Positions 54,427 to 64,000 of a stretch of DNA of 64,000 nucleotides are shown piece by piece. Source of the DNA: an uncultured Chloroflexia bacterium (GTDB taxonomy: Bacteria; Chloroflexota; Limnocylindria; Limnocylindrales; CSP1-4); assembly GCA_963824735.1 (NCBI GenBank), contig CAWGQH010000009.1, positions 12,142 to 76,141 of the forward strand. The letters run 5' to 3'. Every line of letters begins with the position of its first letter. The first letter of the stretch is position 1. The notes under the pieces are model-generated. The model was not told where the DNA came from. It ran no database searches and worked only from the letters and a program-made list of their open reading frames with translations. The translations under genes were made by a program, and so were the position numbers.

Positions 54427-56034
54427 CGCAGCGCCTCCAAAGGCCTTGATTCGGCTTTGGGCGCTTCCTTCGACGAGTCCGGCATGGGCTGCAACGGCGT
54501 CGCGCGGGCGCCGGCACGACCGGCGCCCGTACCTCGACGCGGGTACCTCCGCCGGGGCGGGAGTCGATGCTGCAGCTCACCACCGATCATCGCCGCCCGC
54601 TCGCGCATCGCGAGCAGCCCGAAGTCCGACTGCCCCGGGCTCGGCCACCTCGAAGCCGCGGCCGTCGTCCTGGATCACCAGGACGAACCAGCCATCCTCC
54701 ATCCGCGCTCGGATCCGGGCGATCCTGGCGTCAGCGTGCCGGTGGACATTGGCGAGGGCCTCCTGGGCGATCCGCAGCAGCTCAGCCTGGGTGCGGACGG
54801 GCAGCTCGGGCAGGTCCGGATCGCACTCGACCCGGACGCGCTGCCCGAAGCGGTCCTCGAAGTCCTCGGTGTATCTGGTCAGCAAGTGGCCGAATGAGCC
54901 GTCCTCCGCCGCGGCGATCCGCATCGCCATGACTGCCTGGTGCGCCTCGGCCAAGCCCTGGTCGATCGCATCGCTCGCATCGGAGATGAGCGCACGCGCT
55001 TCCGGATTCTTCCCCACCGCGGCGGACAGCCGCCCGATCTTGAGCTTGGCCAACCAGAGGTCCTGCGTGAGTCCGTCGTGGAGCTCGCGCGAGAGACGAG
55101 CTCGCTCCTCAAGCGCAGCCCGGGACATCTCGACCGCGTGCAGCTCCTCCAGCGTCGCGTTTGCCTGGCGGAGGGCACGCAAGAGTGCGCGGGCCTCGGC
55201 CTCGATGGCCAGCAGCAGGGTGACATCGAAGGCGAGCCACAGTGCGTCGGCGATCGTCACCGGGCCGGGATGGCTTCCCGCGGTGCTCGCACCGATCGCC
55301 ATCGCGAATGCGGCGAAGAGCAGCCCGACGGTCACGAAGGCGTCCGCGACCGATCGATCGCGTCGCCAGAGGCGCCGGTAGACCACGACCGCGCCCAGGA
55401 ACAGGGCCGCACCGACCAGTTGCAGCGCGGAGCCGAGCGGCGTGATGTCCGCACCACCTGCCCCGGTTTCGACGTGCTCGAGGAGCGGCGGGAGAAGGCT
55501 CGAAGCGGGATGGGCGAAGACAGCGATGGCGACCGCGGCCGCGATCCCCAGGATCGACGACCCGGGCTTGGGTGAGTCTCCTGCCGGCCGCGGAGCGCGA
55601 AGACGCCACCGATGACCAGCAGGGCCGCCGCAACGAGCCGTCCCGCGATGAAGACATAGCAGCTGTTCGTAGCCGGGCTCCGAGGAGGTCAGCGGGGCGG
55701 TCGGATCGATGCCCACCGTGTCGATGACTGCTCGGAGATAGGTGATCGCCAGGACCAGGAACGCAGTCGCCTGATACAGCGCAAAGGGATGCTGGCCCTC
55801 CCGGAACCGGATCCATGAGAGCGTGGCAACGAGGCTGGTGACGACGAGCGCGATGGAATCGAGGGCGAGATCGAGGGACGGGGCCACGATCCGTTCCGGC
55901 AAAAACGGGAACGCGACGAATGTCATGGAAACGCCGCTCAGGCCGACCAGCGTGGCCAGCAACGCACCGTCGAGTTTGTCGATGGCGCGCCGAGCCGTCC
56001 GCGATGATTTGCGCGGCCGTTGACTGGCGCTCAC
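54423..56034 (-). CDS. Membrane sensor histidine kinase, HisKA_3 type (frameshifts at ~54570-54610 and ~55580-55660)
   Basis: About seven TM helices, [35 protein letters not shown] and GGGTRV motifs. Last frame ends at the TTGA overlap with the regulator. Confidence 0.85.
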
Positions 56035-56163
56035 TTGGCCCCCCCCACGGTGACCCCGGTCCTAGTACCCTACCAACACGTCGGAGTTGCGCAAGGGGCA
56101 ACATGGCCTGCCCGGTACAGGCCGAAACGCACGCTCCCGGGATGCCACGCGTACCATCGGGCG

Positions 56164-58188
56164 ATGCCCAACCGCCTCGCCGGGGAGACCAGTCCGTACC
56201 TCCTCCAGCACGCGCACAACCCGGTGGACTGGTTCCCGTGGGGTCCTGACGCGCTGGCTCGGGCGAAGCTGCTCGATCGGCCGATCTTCCTGAGCATCGG
56301 CTACGCGGCCTGTCACTGGTGTCACGTCATGGAGCACGAATCGTTCGAAGACGCGGTGACCGCGGCATACCTCAACGGTCAATTCGTCTCCGTCAAGGTC
56401 GACCGCGAGGAACGGCCGGACCTCGACCAGGTCTACATGGCCGCGGTCCAGGCCATGACGGGCGGTGGCGGCTGGCCGATGTCCGTCTTCCTGACGCCGG
56501 AGGGCCGGCCGTTCTACGGCGGGACGTACTTCCCGAACGAACCTCGCCACGGCATGCCGTCCTTCGTCCAGGTGCTGGAGGGCGTCGACCGGGCGTGGCG
56601 CGAGCAACGGGGTGAGGTCGAGGGTGCCGGTCAGCGCCTGGTCGAGGCGCTCGTCGCCCAGAACCGCGTGGCCGCCGTCGCGGCGGACCCGACACCCGCC
56701 CTGCTCGAAGCGGCGATGGCCGGGATCGAGGCGTCGTTCGACGCCCGCAACGGCGGGTGGGGGAGCGCCCCGAAGTTCCCCCAGCCGATGACGATCGAGT
56801 TCCTGCTCCGTCGTCACGTCGCGACCCGGGATGCCCGGCCGCTGGCGATCGCCCGGCGCTCCCTCGACGCGATGGCGGACGGGGGCGTCCGCGACCAGCT
56901 CGGCGGCGGCTTCCACCGCTACTCGACCGACGCCGAGTGGCTGGTCCCGCATTTCGAGCAGATGCTCTACGACAACGCCCAACTGGCGCGGGTCTACGTC
57001 CACGCCTGGGCCCTGACCGGCGACGCCCGCTACCGGGCGGTGGGCGAGGCGACGCTGGACTACGTGATCCGCGAGCTGACGACGTCCAACGGAGCGTTCG
57101 CCGCCAGCCAGGATGCCGATACCGAAGGCGAGGAAGGCGCGACGTTCGTGTGGACCGCCGACGAGATCGGCGAGGTGCTCGGCGACGACGCGGCGTTCTT
57201 CGCGCAGCACTACGAGGTGTCGCCGCTCGGCAACTGGGAGGGCAGGACGATCCTGCGCCGGACGTCTCCGCCCGCCGGCGAGGAGGTCGAAGCGCGCCTG
57301 GCCGACGCCTGCCGTCGCCTGTTCGAACGGCGTCGAAGCCGGCCCCAGCCGGCGCGCGACGACAAGGCGCTCGCGGCCTGGAACGGCCTCGCAATCGCGG
57401 CCTTTGCCGACGCCGGCCGCGTGCTCGACGACGCGCGATACGTGGAAGCGGCGGTTCGAGCCGCCGAGTCGATCGTCGGCGGACTCCTCGCTGACGACGG
57501 CCGGCTCGGCCGGTCGTGGAAGGACGGCCGGGCCGTCGGGCAAGGCGTGCTCGAAGACTCGGCGCAGCTCGCCGAGGGCCTGCTGGCACTCTACGAGGCG
57601 ACGTTCGACGAGCGGTGGTTCATGACTGCGCGGACCCTCATGGACCGCGTGCTGACGCGCTTCGAGGACCCGGCGGGCGGCTTCTTCGATACCGCGGACG
57701 ACCACGAGCGACTCGTCACCCGACCCAAGGACCTGCAGGACAACGCAACGCCATCCGGCAATGCGATGGCCGCCCTCGTCCTGCTGCGTCTTGCGGCATG
57801 GACCGGCGAGGGACGCTACCGGACGGCGGCCGAGCGGGCGATCCGGACCGTCGCTCCGTTCGCCGAGCGGTACCCCACGGCGTTCGCCCAGTGGCTGTCC
57901 GCGATCGATTTCGCCTTGTCGGACGCGGTTGAGGTCGCGATCATCGGCGATCCGCGGGACGCTGCCACTCGGGCGCTCCTCGAACCGGTTGCGACCGGCT
58001 ACCGCCCGAACCAGGTGCTGGCCGTTGCCGCTGACCCGGAGGGGAGCTCGATCCCGCTCCTGCACGGTCGGGCAGCGCTGGGTGGGGCGGCAACCGCCTA
58101 CGTCTGTCGTGGCTTCGCGTGCAGGATGCCGGTGACCGACGCGGACGGCCTGCGCGCCCAGCTCGAGGAACCGGCGCGTGTCGCCTGA
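56164..58188 (+). CDS. yyaL: YyaL/SSP411 thioredoxin-domain plus (alpha/alpha)6 protein
   Basis: [30 protein letters not shown] and [10 protein letters not shown] motifs. Leaderless start. Confidence 0.92.
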   Translation: MPNRLAGETSPYLLQHAHNPVDWFPWGPDALARAKLLDRPIFLSIGYAACHWCHVMEHESFEDAVTAAYLNGQFVSVKVDREERPDLDQVYMAAVQAMTGGGGWPMSVFLTPEGRPFYGGTYFPNEPRHGMPSFVQVLEGVDRAWREQRGEVEGAGQRLVEALVAQNRVAAVAADPTPALLEAAMAGIEASFDARNGGWGSAPKFPQPMTIEFLLRRHVATRDARPLAIARRSLDAMADGGVRDQLGGGFHRYSTDAEWLVPHFEQMLYDNAQLARVYVHAWALTGDARYRAVGEATLDYVIRELTTSNGAFAASQDADTEGEEGATFVWTADEIGEVLGDDAAFFAQHYEVSPLGNWEGRTILRRTSPPAGEEVEARLADACRRLFERRRSRPQPARDDKALAAWNGLAIAAFADAGRVLDDARYVEAAVRAAESIVGGLLADDGRLGRSWKDGRAVGQGVLEDSAQLAEGLLALYEATFDERWFMTARTLMDRVLTRFEDPAGGFFDTADDHERLVTRPKDLQDNATPSGNAMAALVLLRLAAWTGEGRYRTAAERAIRTVAPFAERYPTAFAQWLSAIDFALSDAVEVAIIGDPRDAATRALLEPVATGYRPNQVLAVAADPEGSSIPLLHGRAALGGAATAYVCRGFACRMPVTDADGLRAQLEEPARVA

Positions 58189-58702
58189 TCCGGCCGCGGC
58201 GCCATCCCGCGCCTCCTTCACCATCCGCCTGGTTGAACCCGCCGACTACGACGGGCTGGGCCGGATCACGCTCGAGGCATACGAGGGCAACCGCGACGAC
58301 CTTGGCGACGACTACCGCGACGAGCTGCGTGACGTCGCCGGACGGGCGGCGGCGTGCCCTGTGCTCGTTGCGGTCACTGCCGATGGCGGGCTGCTTGGCG
58401 GCGTTGCCTACGTCCCCGGGCCGGACAACGCGATGTCGGAGCTCGAGCGGGACGGCGAGGCCGGCATCCGCATGCTGGCGGTCGATCCGGGGGCGCAGGG
58501 TCTCGGCGTCGGTCGCGCCCTGACCGTGGCGTGCATGGACCGGGCGCGCGAGGAGGGTTGCTCCGGGATGGCCCTTTACACGCGGCCAGCCAACCTCCCG
58601 GCGCAACGCCTGTACGAGTCCCTTGGGTTCGTCCGCGACCCGGACCGGGACTGGCAGTACGCACGCGGCCGCTGGCTGTGGGCATTCCGGCTGACCTTCT
58701 GA
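58178..58702 (+). CDS. GNAT acetyltransferase
   Basis: [14 protein letters not shown] acetyl-CoA motif and [10 protein letters not shown]. Confidence 0.9.
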   Translation: MSPDPAAAPSRASFTIRLVEPADYDGLGRITLEAYEGNRDDLGDDYRDELRDVAGRAAACPVLVAVTADGGLLGGVAYVPGPDNAMSELERDGEAGIRMLAVDPGAQGLGVGRALTVACMDRAREEGCSGMALYTRPANLPAQRLYESLGFVRDPDRDWQYARGRWLWAFRLTF

Positions 58703-58707
58703 GCGTC

Positions 58708-59926
58708 ATGCCGCCCGAACCGGCCGTCCCGATCCCGGCGGCGACGGTGGTCGTGCTGCGGGAGACGGCACATGGCCCGGAGGTGCTGCTCACGCATCGC
58801 CCTGCCACGATGGCCTTCGCCGCGGGCATGCACGTGTTTCCCGGTGGACGCGTGGACGCGGCCGATGCGGCACCGGCGCTCGCCGCCCGCGCCGTCGCCG
58901 GCGCCACGGAGCCAGCCCATGTCGCGGCAATCCGGGAGCTGTGGGAGGAGAGCGGCGTTCTCCTGGCGGATTCCGCGGCGCCGGCCGCGGAGCGGGAGGC
59001 GGCCAGAGCCGCGCTCGTCGCCGCGTCGGCGACGTTCGAGTCGGTCGCCGATGCCCTGGACCTCCGCCTCCGGACCGACCTGCTCGCGCCGCTGTCGCGG
59101 TGGGTCACGCCTCCCGGCTACCCGCGACGCTTCGACGCGCAGTTCTTCGCTGCGGTGCTGCCCGAAGACGCCGCCACGCCCTCGATCGCCAGCGACGAGG
59201 TCGTCGCGCTGGAGTGGTTCCGGCCCGGGGACGCGCTCGACGCCATGGCGGACGGCCGGATCGGCCTGTGGCTGCCAACGAGCTCGACGCTCCAGCAACT
59301 GGAGTCCGTCGCCGACGTCGGCCGACCTGGCGGGGCTCGCCCCTGGTCCGCTTGGCCCGATCGTCGTCGACGAACCCGCTCCGGACGTCGTCCGGATCGT
59401 CATGCCGGCTGGGGGCGGCGTTGCGGGCCAACCGGTCTGCGCGTACCTCGTCGGTCGCCGCCGGTTCGTGCTGGTCGATCCCGGAGATCCCACCGGACCG
59501 GCTCTCGAGCGGTGCCTCGACGAGGCCGCTCGGCGAGGCGGCGAGATCAGCGCCATCGCACTGACGCACGTCGATCCCGACCACCACGGCGGCGCCGAAG
59601 GCCTCGCCGAACGACTCGACATCCCCGTCTTCGCCGGCCCGGGCGCGTCGCGCCGGCTTCCATACCAGGTTCGCGAGTTGGCCGACGGCGAGACCATCGG
59701 CAACGGGGACGTCGCCATTCGCGTGCTTGCGACGCCGGGTCCACGGCCCGACCATCTCGCATATGTGGTTGGTGACCTGGCGGCCGTGCTGACCGGCGAT
59801 CTCGACGGCACGCGCGGGGCCCGAATGCTGCCTGGACCGGCCGACGACCGGGCATGGGCTGTGTCCCGCGACCGGCTCGACGCCCTCGGTTCAGTGCTCC
59901 GACTCGGCGGACACCCCGAGCCATGA
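58708..59926 (+). CDS. NUDIX + metallo-beta-lactamase-fold fusion (frameshift near 59320)
   Basis: FPGGRVD..AIRELWEESG and WVTP..RRFD, then THVDPDH, TPGPRPDH, TGD and GGH. Confidence 0.82.
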
Positions 59927-60843
59927 GCGACTTGCCCGAGGCTCGCGGCCCGCACCTGCCGGACACGCTGACCCGGATCCCACTCGGCGTGTGGCCCTTC
60001 CTCGCCCTCGCCGTCCTGGCCGCGTATGGCCGCTGGGTGGTCCTCAGCACGGGCGGGTTCGAGAATCCGGTCGATGTCGTCTGGCGAGTCATCGGGAGCG
60101 TGGAGACGCTCGCGGCGCCGTTGTTGGGCGCCGCCCTGTTCTACCGGCATCCGAACGCCCATCGACTGTTCCCGGCCCTCACATTGGGCACAGCCCTCTT
60201 CGCAATCGCCATCGTCGCGGACGCCGTGCGGCGCCCGGTAATGGACGGCATCCTCGGCTCGGATCTCGAGTTCGATGCAACGATCCTCGCCAGCGCGGGC
60301 TACAGCGTGATCGAGGCACTCTTCCGGGTGTTCGCCCTCACCTACATGGCAATCGGGCTCGCCGACGCACGCAGGTTCGAGGACCGCGACGCGAACGGGC
60401 GAGGTTGGGTCGTACTCGTCGCCGCGGCGCTCGGATCGTCCGCGCTCAGCGCAGTCTTCAACCTGGCGTCCGTCCCCGAGCAGGCGGTCGTCGTGGTGCT
60501 CCTGGTGACCGCCCAGCTCCTCATCAGTCTTGCCTGGGCGTACCTGGGATGGACGGCGTATCGAGGCTGGACGGCAAGCGAGGAGCCGCGCAACGCCTGG
60601 GGCCTCGTTGCCGCGGCCGGGATCGGCTTCCTGGTCGCGGGCGTCGTCATCGCCCTGCTCAATGTCGTGCTGTGGATCATCGGCCCGACCGAACCGCCAG
60701 TCCCCATCGTGTTCGAGGTGTTCCAGGTGCTGACTGCGGTGTTTGCCGGGCTGTGGCTCGCCCTGCTCGCGGCGTTCTGGCTCGGGCTCCCGGCCGAGCC
60801 CGTGCCGCTCGAAGTCGACCCGGACACACCCGAACCCGTCTAG
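59923..60843 (+). CDS. Hypothetical polytopic membrane protein
   Basis: About eight hydrophobic segments, ATGA overlap with the upstream gene, coding-like GC3. Confidence 0.75.
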   Translation: MSDLPEARGPHLPDTLTRIPLGVWPFLALAVLAAYGRWVVLSTGGFENPVDVVWRVIGSVETLAAPLLGAALFYRHPNAHRLFPALTLGTALFAIAIVADAVRRPVMDGILGSDLEFDATILASAGYSVIEALFRVFALTYMAIGLADARRFEDRDANGRGWVVLVAAALGSSALSAVFNLASVPEQAVVVVLLVTAQLLISLAWAYLGWTAYRGWTASEEPRNAWGLVAAAGIGFLVAGVVIALLNVVLWIIGPTEPPVPIVFEVFQVLTAVFAGLWLALLAAFWLGLPAEPVPLEVDPDTPEPV

Positions 60844-61442
60844 GCGCGATCGCGCGGCAAGGCCGCCGTCAGGTTGCGCAGGAAGTTGAGGCCCTCGTCA
60901 ACCTCCTCGGTCGGTGCGTACGGGCCGGGCATCAGGAAGCACGGCCGCCCGGCAAGGGCCACGTCCGGCAGGTGTCCCCACGACTCCGCCAGCGGCCGTC
61001 CCGCGCAGGCCGCGGCGGCCCGCTTGTACACGAAGACGATGGCGGCGGGTCGCCAGATCGCGACCTTCTGCCAGAGCGGCCCAACGCCCGTCCGGAGCTG
61101 TGCGTCGGTCGCCTCGTCGCGCGCGCTCGGACCCTTGAGGAGGTCGGTGATCCCGTGGCCGGCCTCGACCAGCGCGTCGTCGGCGGTTTCGACCGGCGTC
61201 GCGGGAGGAAGGACCGTCGCCAGCATCAGGCGCCGCCAGAACGTCCTGCCGAGGCGACCCTGGTGATAGTGGCCGGCCTCGACGCTGACCGGCGACGGGT
61301 TGAGGCCGACGAACAGGAGATGGTCGCGGAGCGGTGGCAGATCGGCCAGCGTGGCGGTGGCGATGCCGTCGATCTCGACGGTGACGCGGTGTTCCCCGGG
61401 CCCAGGGCGGTGGGTGAGCGCCGCGAGCTCGTCCGGCGTCAC
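60840..61442 (-). CDS. mug: G/U mismatch-specific uracil-DNA glycosylase family protein
   Basis: LLFVGLNP..S...GHY and GITDL motifs. Confidence 0.78.
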   Translation of the reverse strand: MTPDELAALTHRPGPGEHRVTVEIDGIATATLADLPPLRDHLLFVGLNPSPVSVEAGHYHQGRLGRTFWRRLMLATVLPPATPVETADDALVEAGHGITDLLKGPSARDEATDAQLRTGVGPLWQKVAIWRPAAIVFVYKRAAAACAGRPLAESWGHLPDVALAGRPCFLMPGPYAPTEEVDEGLNFLRNLTAALPRDRA

Positions 61443-61448
61443 GGCCGA

Positions 61449-62480
61449 TCAGGCAAGCAGCGCACGGACCTCCTCGCCGAACAGGCGCAGGGTCTCGCGC
61501 TGGACGCCCGGGTCGAGGCCCGGGAAGTACGAGCGCGCGATGAAGTGCCCGCCCGGGCCGAGCGCGTCGCGGTAGGCGGCGATCTCCTCGGCGACCTGGT
61601 CGGGCGTGCCCACGAGGGCGCGTCCTCGCACGGCGGCTTCCTGTTCGGGCGTCAGCGCCGGCGGCAGCCGCCGCTCGAGCGAGCCGTACGCCTCGTCCAT
61701 GTCCTCGTACTTCCAGCTCATGTAGTGGGCGTAGTCGCGGATCGTGGCCCACGGGTCGCCGTCGCGCCAGACGAAGGTCGGCCGGTGGACGGCGATCGTC
61801 ACCGTGGCCGGATCCCGGCCGGCGGCCTCAGCGCCCTGGCGGACCAGGGCGGCTCGCTCCGCCATCCTGGCCGCGGTCGCTCCGCTCGAGATGTAGCCAT
61901 TCGCGACCCGACCGGCCCGCTCGACCGCGACGGGCGCGCCGGCGCCGATCCAGATCGGCGGTCCGCCGGACCGCGCGGGCTTCGGGGTCACGTTGAAGCC
62001 TGGCTCGGGATAGCGATAGATCCCCTGGCTGTCGCCGCGCGCGAGGTCGTCACCCCACGCCTGTCGAAGGACCTCGATGATCGCCTCGAGTCGGCGTCCC
62101 TTGTGACCCTCGGTGCCGCCGAGCGCCACGAATTCCTCCTGCCGCCAACCGATGCCAAGCCCGAGGATCAGCCGCCCGTTCGACAGCACGTCGACCGTCG
62201 CCGCGTCCTCGGCGAGGTGGAGCGGGTCGAACATCGGCGCGAGGAGCACGCCCGTGCCGAGCGCGATGCGCTCCGTGCGTGCCGCGATCGCCGCGAGGAC
62301 CGGGAGCTGCGACGGCATGTAGCCGTCGTCGACGAAATGGTGCTCGCTCGTCCAGACCGACTCGAGCCCGATCCGCTCGGCCTCGACCGCGAGCTCGACG
62401 ATCTCGCGGTAGATCTCGACGTCGGAGCGCTGGTCGTTCGGGTGGTGCTGGGCGGTGAAGAGGCCGTAGCCGAGATGCAT
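61449..62480 (-). CDS. LLM-class flavin-dependent oxidoreductase
   Basis: WTSEHHF, AEDAATVD and GRLILGLGIGW motifs. Confidence 0.92.
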   Translation of the reverse strand: MHLGYGLFTAQHHPNDQRSDVEIYREIVELAVEAERIGLESVWTSEHHFVDDGYMPSQLPVLAAIAARTERIALGTGVLLAPMFDPLHLAEDAATVDVLSNGRLILGLGIGWRQEEFVALGGTEGHKGRRLEAIIEVLRQAWGDDLARGDSQGIYRYPEPGFNVTPKPARSGGPPIWIGAGAPVAVERAGRVANGYISSGATAARMAERAALVRQGAEAAGRDPATVTIAVHRPTFVWRDGDPWATIRDYAHYMSWKYEDMDEAYGSLERRLPPALTPEQEAAVRGRALVGTPDQVAEEIAAYRDALGPGGHFIARSYFPGLDPGVQRETLRLFGEEVRALLA

Positions 62481-62505
62481 CGCTCGCGGTCCTGGCAGCG
62501 CGGCG

Positions 62506-62715
62506 TCAGGCCGGCGGCCGGGTGTCGTCGTCGGCGTGGTTCGGCTCGTCGTCGAGTCGTTTCTGGATCTCGCTCTGGGCCTTCGTGGCCTCCGTCCGCG
62601 CCCCGCGGACGGCCTGGCCGACGGCCTCGCCCCATTTCGGCAGCGTCTTCGGACCCCGCCAGATGAGGACGGCGCCGAGGATGACGATGAGGACGATGAT
62701 GATGTCGACCGGCAT
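62506..62715 (-). CDS. tatA: Twin-arginine translocase TatA/E subunit
   Basis: N-terminal TM helix, GPKTLPKWGEAVG amphipathic helix and acidic tail. Leaderless TACCAT-N6-ATG start. Confidence 0.8.
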   Translation of the reverse strand: MPVDIIIVLIVILGAVLIWRGPKTLPKWGEAVGQAVRGARTEATKAQSEIQKRLDDEPNHADDDTRPPA

Positions 62716-62767
62716 GCGCTGATGGTAGCGCCTCCCGTGCTCGGCCAAGCCCGGCTATCGTGCCTCG

Positions 62768-64000
62768 ATGCTCCTCGTGTACGGGCCGCGCTCCCCGTCG
62801 TACGACTTCGGCCCGGGCCACCCGTTGACGCCTCGCCGGTTCGGACCGGGGATCGATCTGCTCCGGGCGGTCGGTGCGACGCCCGGGCTGGCGCCTGAGC
62901 CGGTCGTGGACGAAGAGCTCCTGGCCTGCCACTCCGCGGGGTTCGTCGGCGTCGTCCGGGGCTTCTCCTCGGACCCCTTCGGGCTGCCCAGCGCGGGGAT
63001 TGCCGAGGGCGGCGACGTGCCCCCGTTCCGCGACATGCACGAGGCCGGTTCGATGGTGGCGGGCGGATCGCTGCGGGCGATGGAGGCGATCCTGCGCGGT
63101 GAGGTCGAGCACGCCTTCCACCCCGGCGGCGGGCTGCACCACGCGATGCGTGACCGCGCTTCGGGCTTCTGCATCTACAACGACGTGGCGTTGGCCGTCG
63201 CCCGCGCCCGCCGCGACGGACTGCGGGTCATGTATCTCGATTTCGACGTGCATCACGGGGACGGCGTCCAGGCGCTGTTCCGGGACGACCCCGGCGTCCT
63301 GACCGTGTCCTTCCACGAGACCGGGCGCTACCTCTTCCCGGGGACGGGCTTCGCCGACGAGATCGGGGAGGGAAGTGCGGCCGGGACGTCGATCAACGTG
63401 CCGCTCGAGCCGGGGACGGGTGAGGGACCGTGGCTGGATGCGGTCCGGCTGCTCGTGCCGTCGCTGGCGGCGGCCTTCCGGCCCGACGTCGTGGTGTCGC
63501 AGCATGGCGCCGACTCGCACGCGTTCGATCCGCTGGCGCACCTCCGGGTCACGACGACCGCGATGGGGGCGGCGGCACGGATCGTCGACGCGGTCGCGCA
63601 CCGTTGGGCGGGCGGCCGCTGGCTGGCGACGGGTGGCGGGGGCTACGACGCGTACCGGGTCGTGCCCCGGTCGTGGTCGCTCGTGTGGCTCGCAGGAGCG
63701 CACCGGGATGTGCCTCTTGCGACGCCGGAGGCATGGCGGGAGCGGTGGGCCGAGGAGGCGGCACGGTACGGGCAGGCGCCACTCCCCGAGACGTTCGACG
63801 ATCCCCCGAATGCCGGCCTTCGCTTCGAGCCGGCCCAGGCCGGTGCCGAGGAGCTGTCCAACGCGACGAGCGCTCTCGTCGCCTCCGTCGTTGTTCCTGC
63901 GCTCGTGCGGACGGCGGTCCGGCGTGGGTGGTGGGACCCGCTCGCTCCTGCAGGCGATGAGGCCTTCACCCCGGTCCCGGGAGGTGCGCCAACCGTGCAT
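62768..64000 (+). CDS. acuC: AcuC/histone-deacetylase-family protein; truncated by window end and absent from the ORF track
   Basis: YDFGPGHP, GGLHHA, SGFCIYND, DFDVHHGDG, HETGRYLFPGTG and GGGGY motifs, with an open frame to base 64000. Confidence 0.92.
   Translation, partial: MLLVYGPRSPSYDFGPGHPLTPRRFGPGIDLLRAVGATPGLAPEPVVDEELLACHSAGFVGVVRGFSSDPFGLPSAGIAEGGDVPPFRDMHEAGSMVAGGSLRAMEAILRGEVEHAFHPGGGLHHAMRDRASGFCIYNDVALAVARARRDGLRVMYLDFDVHHGDGVQALFRDDPGVLTVSFHETGRYLFPGTGFADEIGEGSAAGTSINVPLEPGTGEGPWLDAVRLLVPSLAAAFRPDVVVSQHGADSHAFDPLAHLRVTTTAMGAAARIVDAVAHRWAGGRWLATGGGGYDAYRVVPRSWSLVWLAGAHRDVPLATPEAWRERWAEEAARYGQAPLPETFDDPPNAGLRFEPAQAGAEELSNATSALVASVVVPALVRTAVRRGWWDPLAPAGDEAFTPVPGGAPTVH

Overview
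Very GC-rich (~70% by eye), gene-dense bacterial chromosomal segment. Gene style suggests Chloroflexota/Limnocylindria-like or actinobacterial affinity (inference only). No rRNA, tRNA, CRISPR array, integrase or transposase was recognised. Modules: (1) 1-22 kb purine/ureide catabolism region: FGGY kinase plus NMT1/THI5-type ABC transporter, guanine deaminase, three-subunit xanthine dehydrogenase, OHCU decarboxylase, uricase, malate synthase, cyclic amidohydrolase, DUF3830 and HIU hydrolase, interrupted by an XRE-HTH/nuclease-like gene, an amidohydrolase and a degenerate GGDEF gene; (2) two paralogous secreted S8 proteases flanking a coiled-coil PD-(D/E)XK-like gene; (3) Ku-LigD NHEJ genes, followed by a sulfite-oxidase-like gene, a papain-like orphan, DUF72 and GT4; (4) a sugar ABC locus with a putative beta-1,2-glucan-active enzyme and a GH39; (5) a secreted clan-CD-like protein, a Tat multicopper oxidase, a giant (~6 kb) repeat-rich multicopper oxidase and a NarL-type two-component system; (6) YyaL, GNAT, NUDIX-MBL fusion, Mug, LLM oxidoreductase, TatA and AcuC. 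Many genes carry single-base frameshifts, densest at 39-55 kb, most likely read errors, so the ORF track fragments them. At least eight genes show an exact TANNNT-N6-start leaderless architecture.
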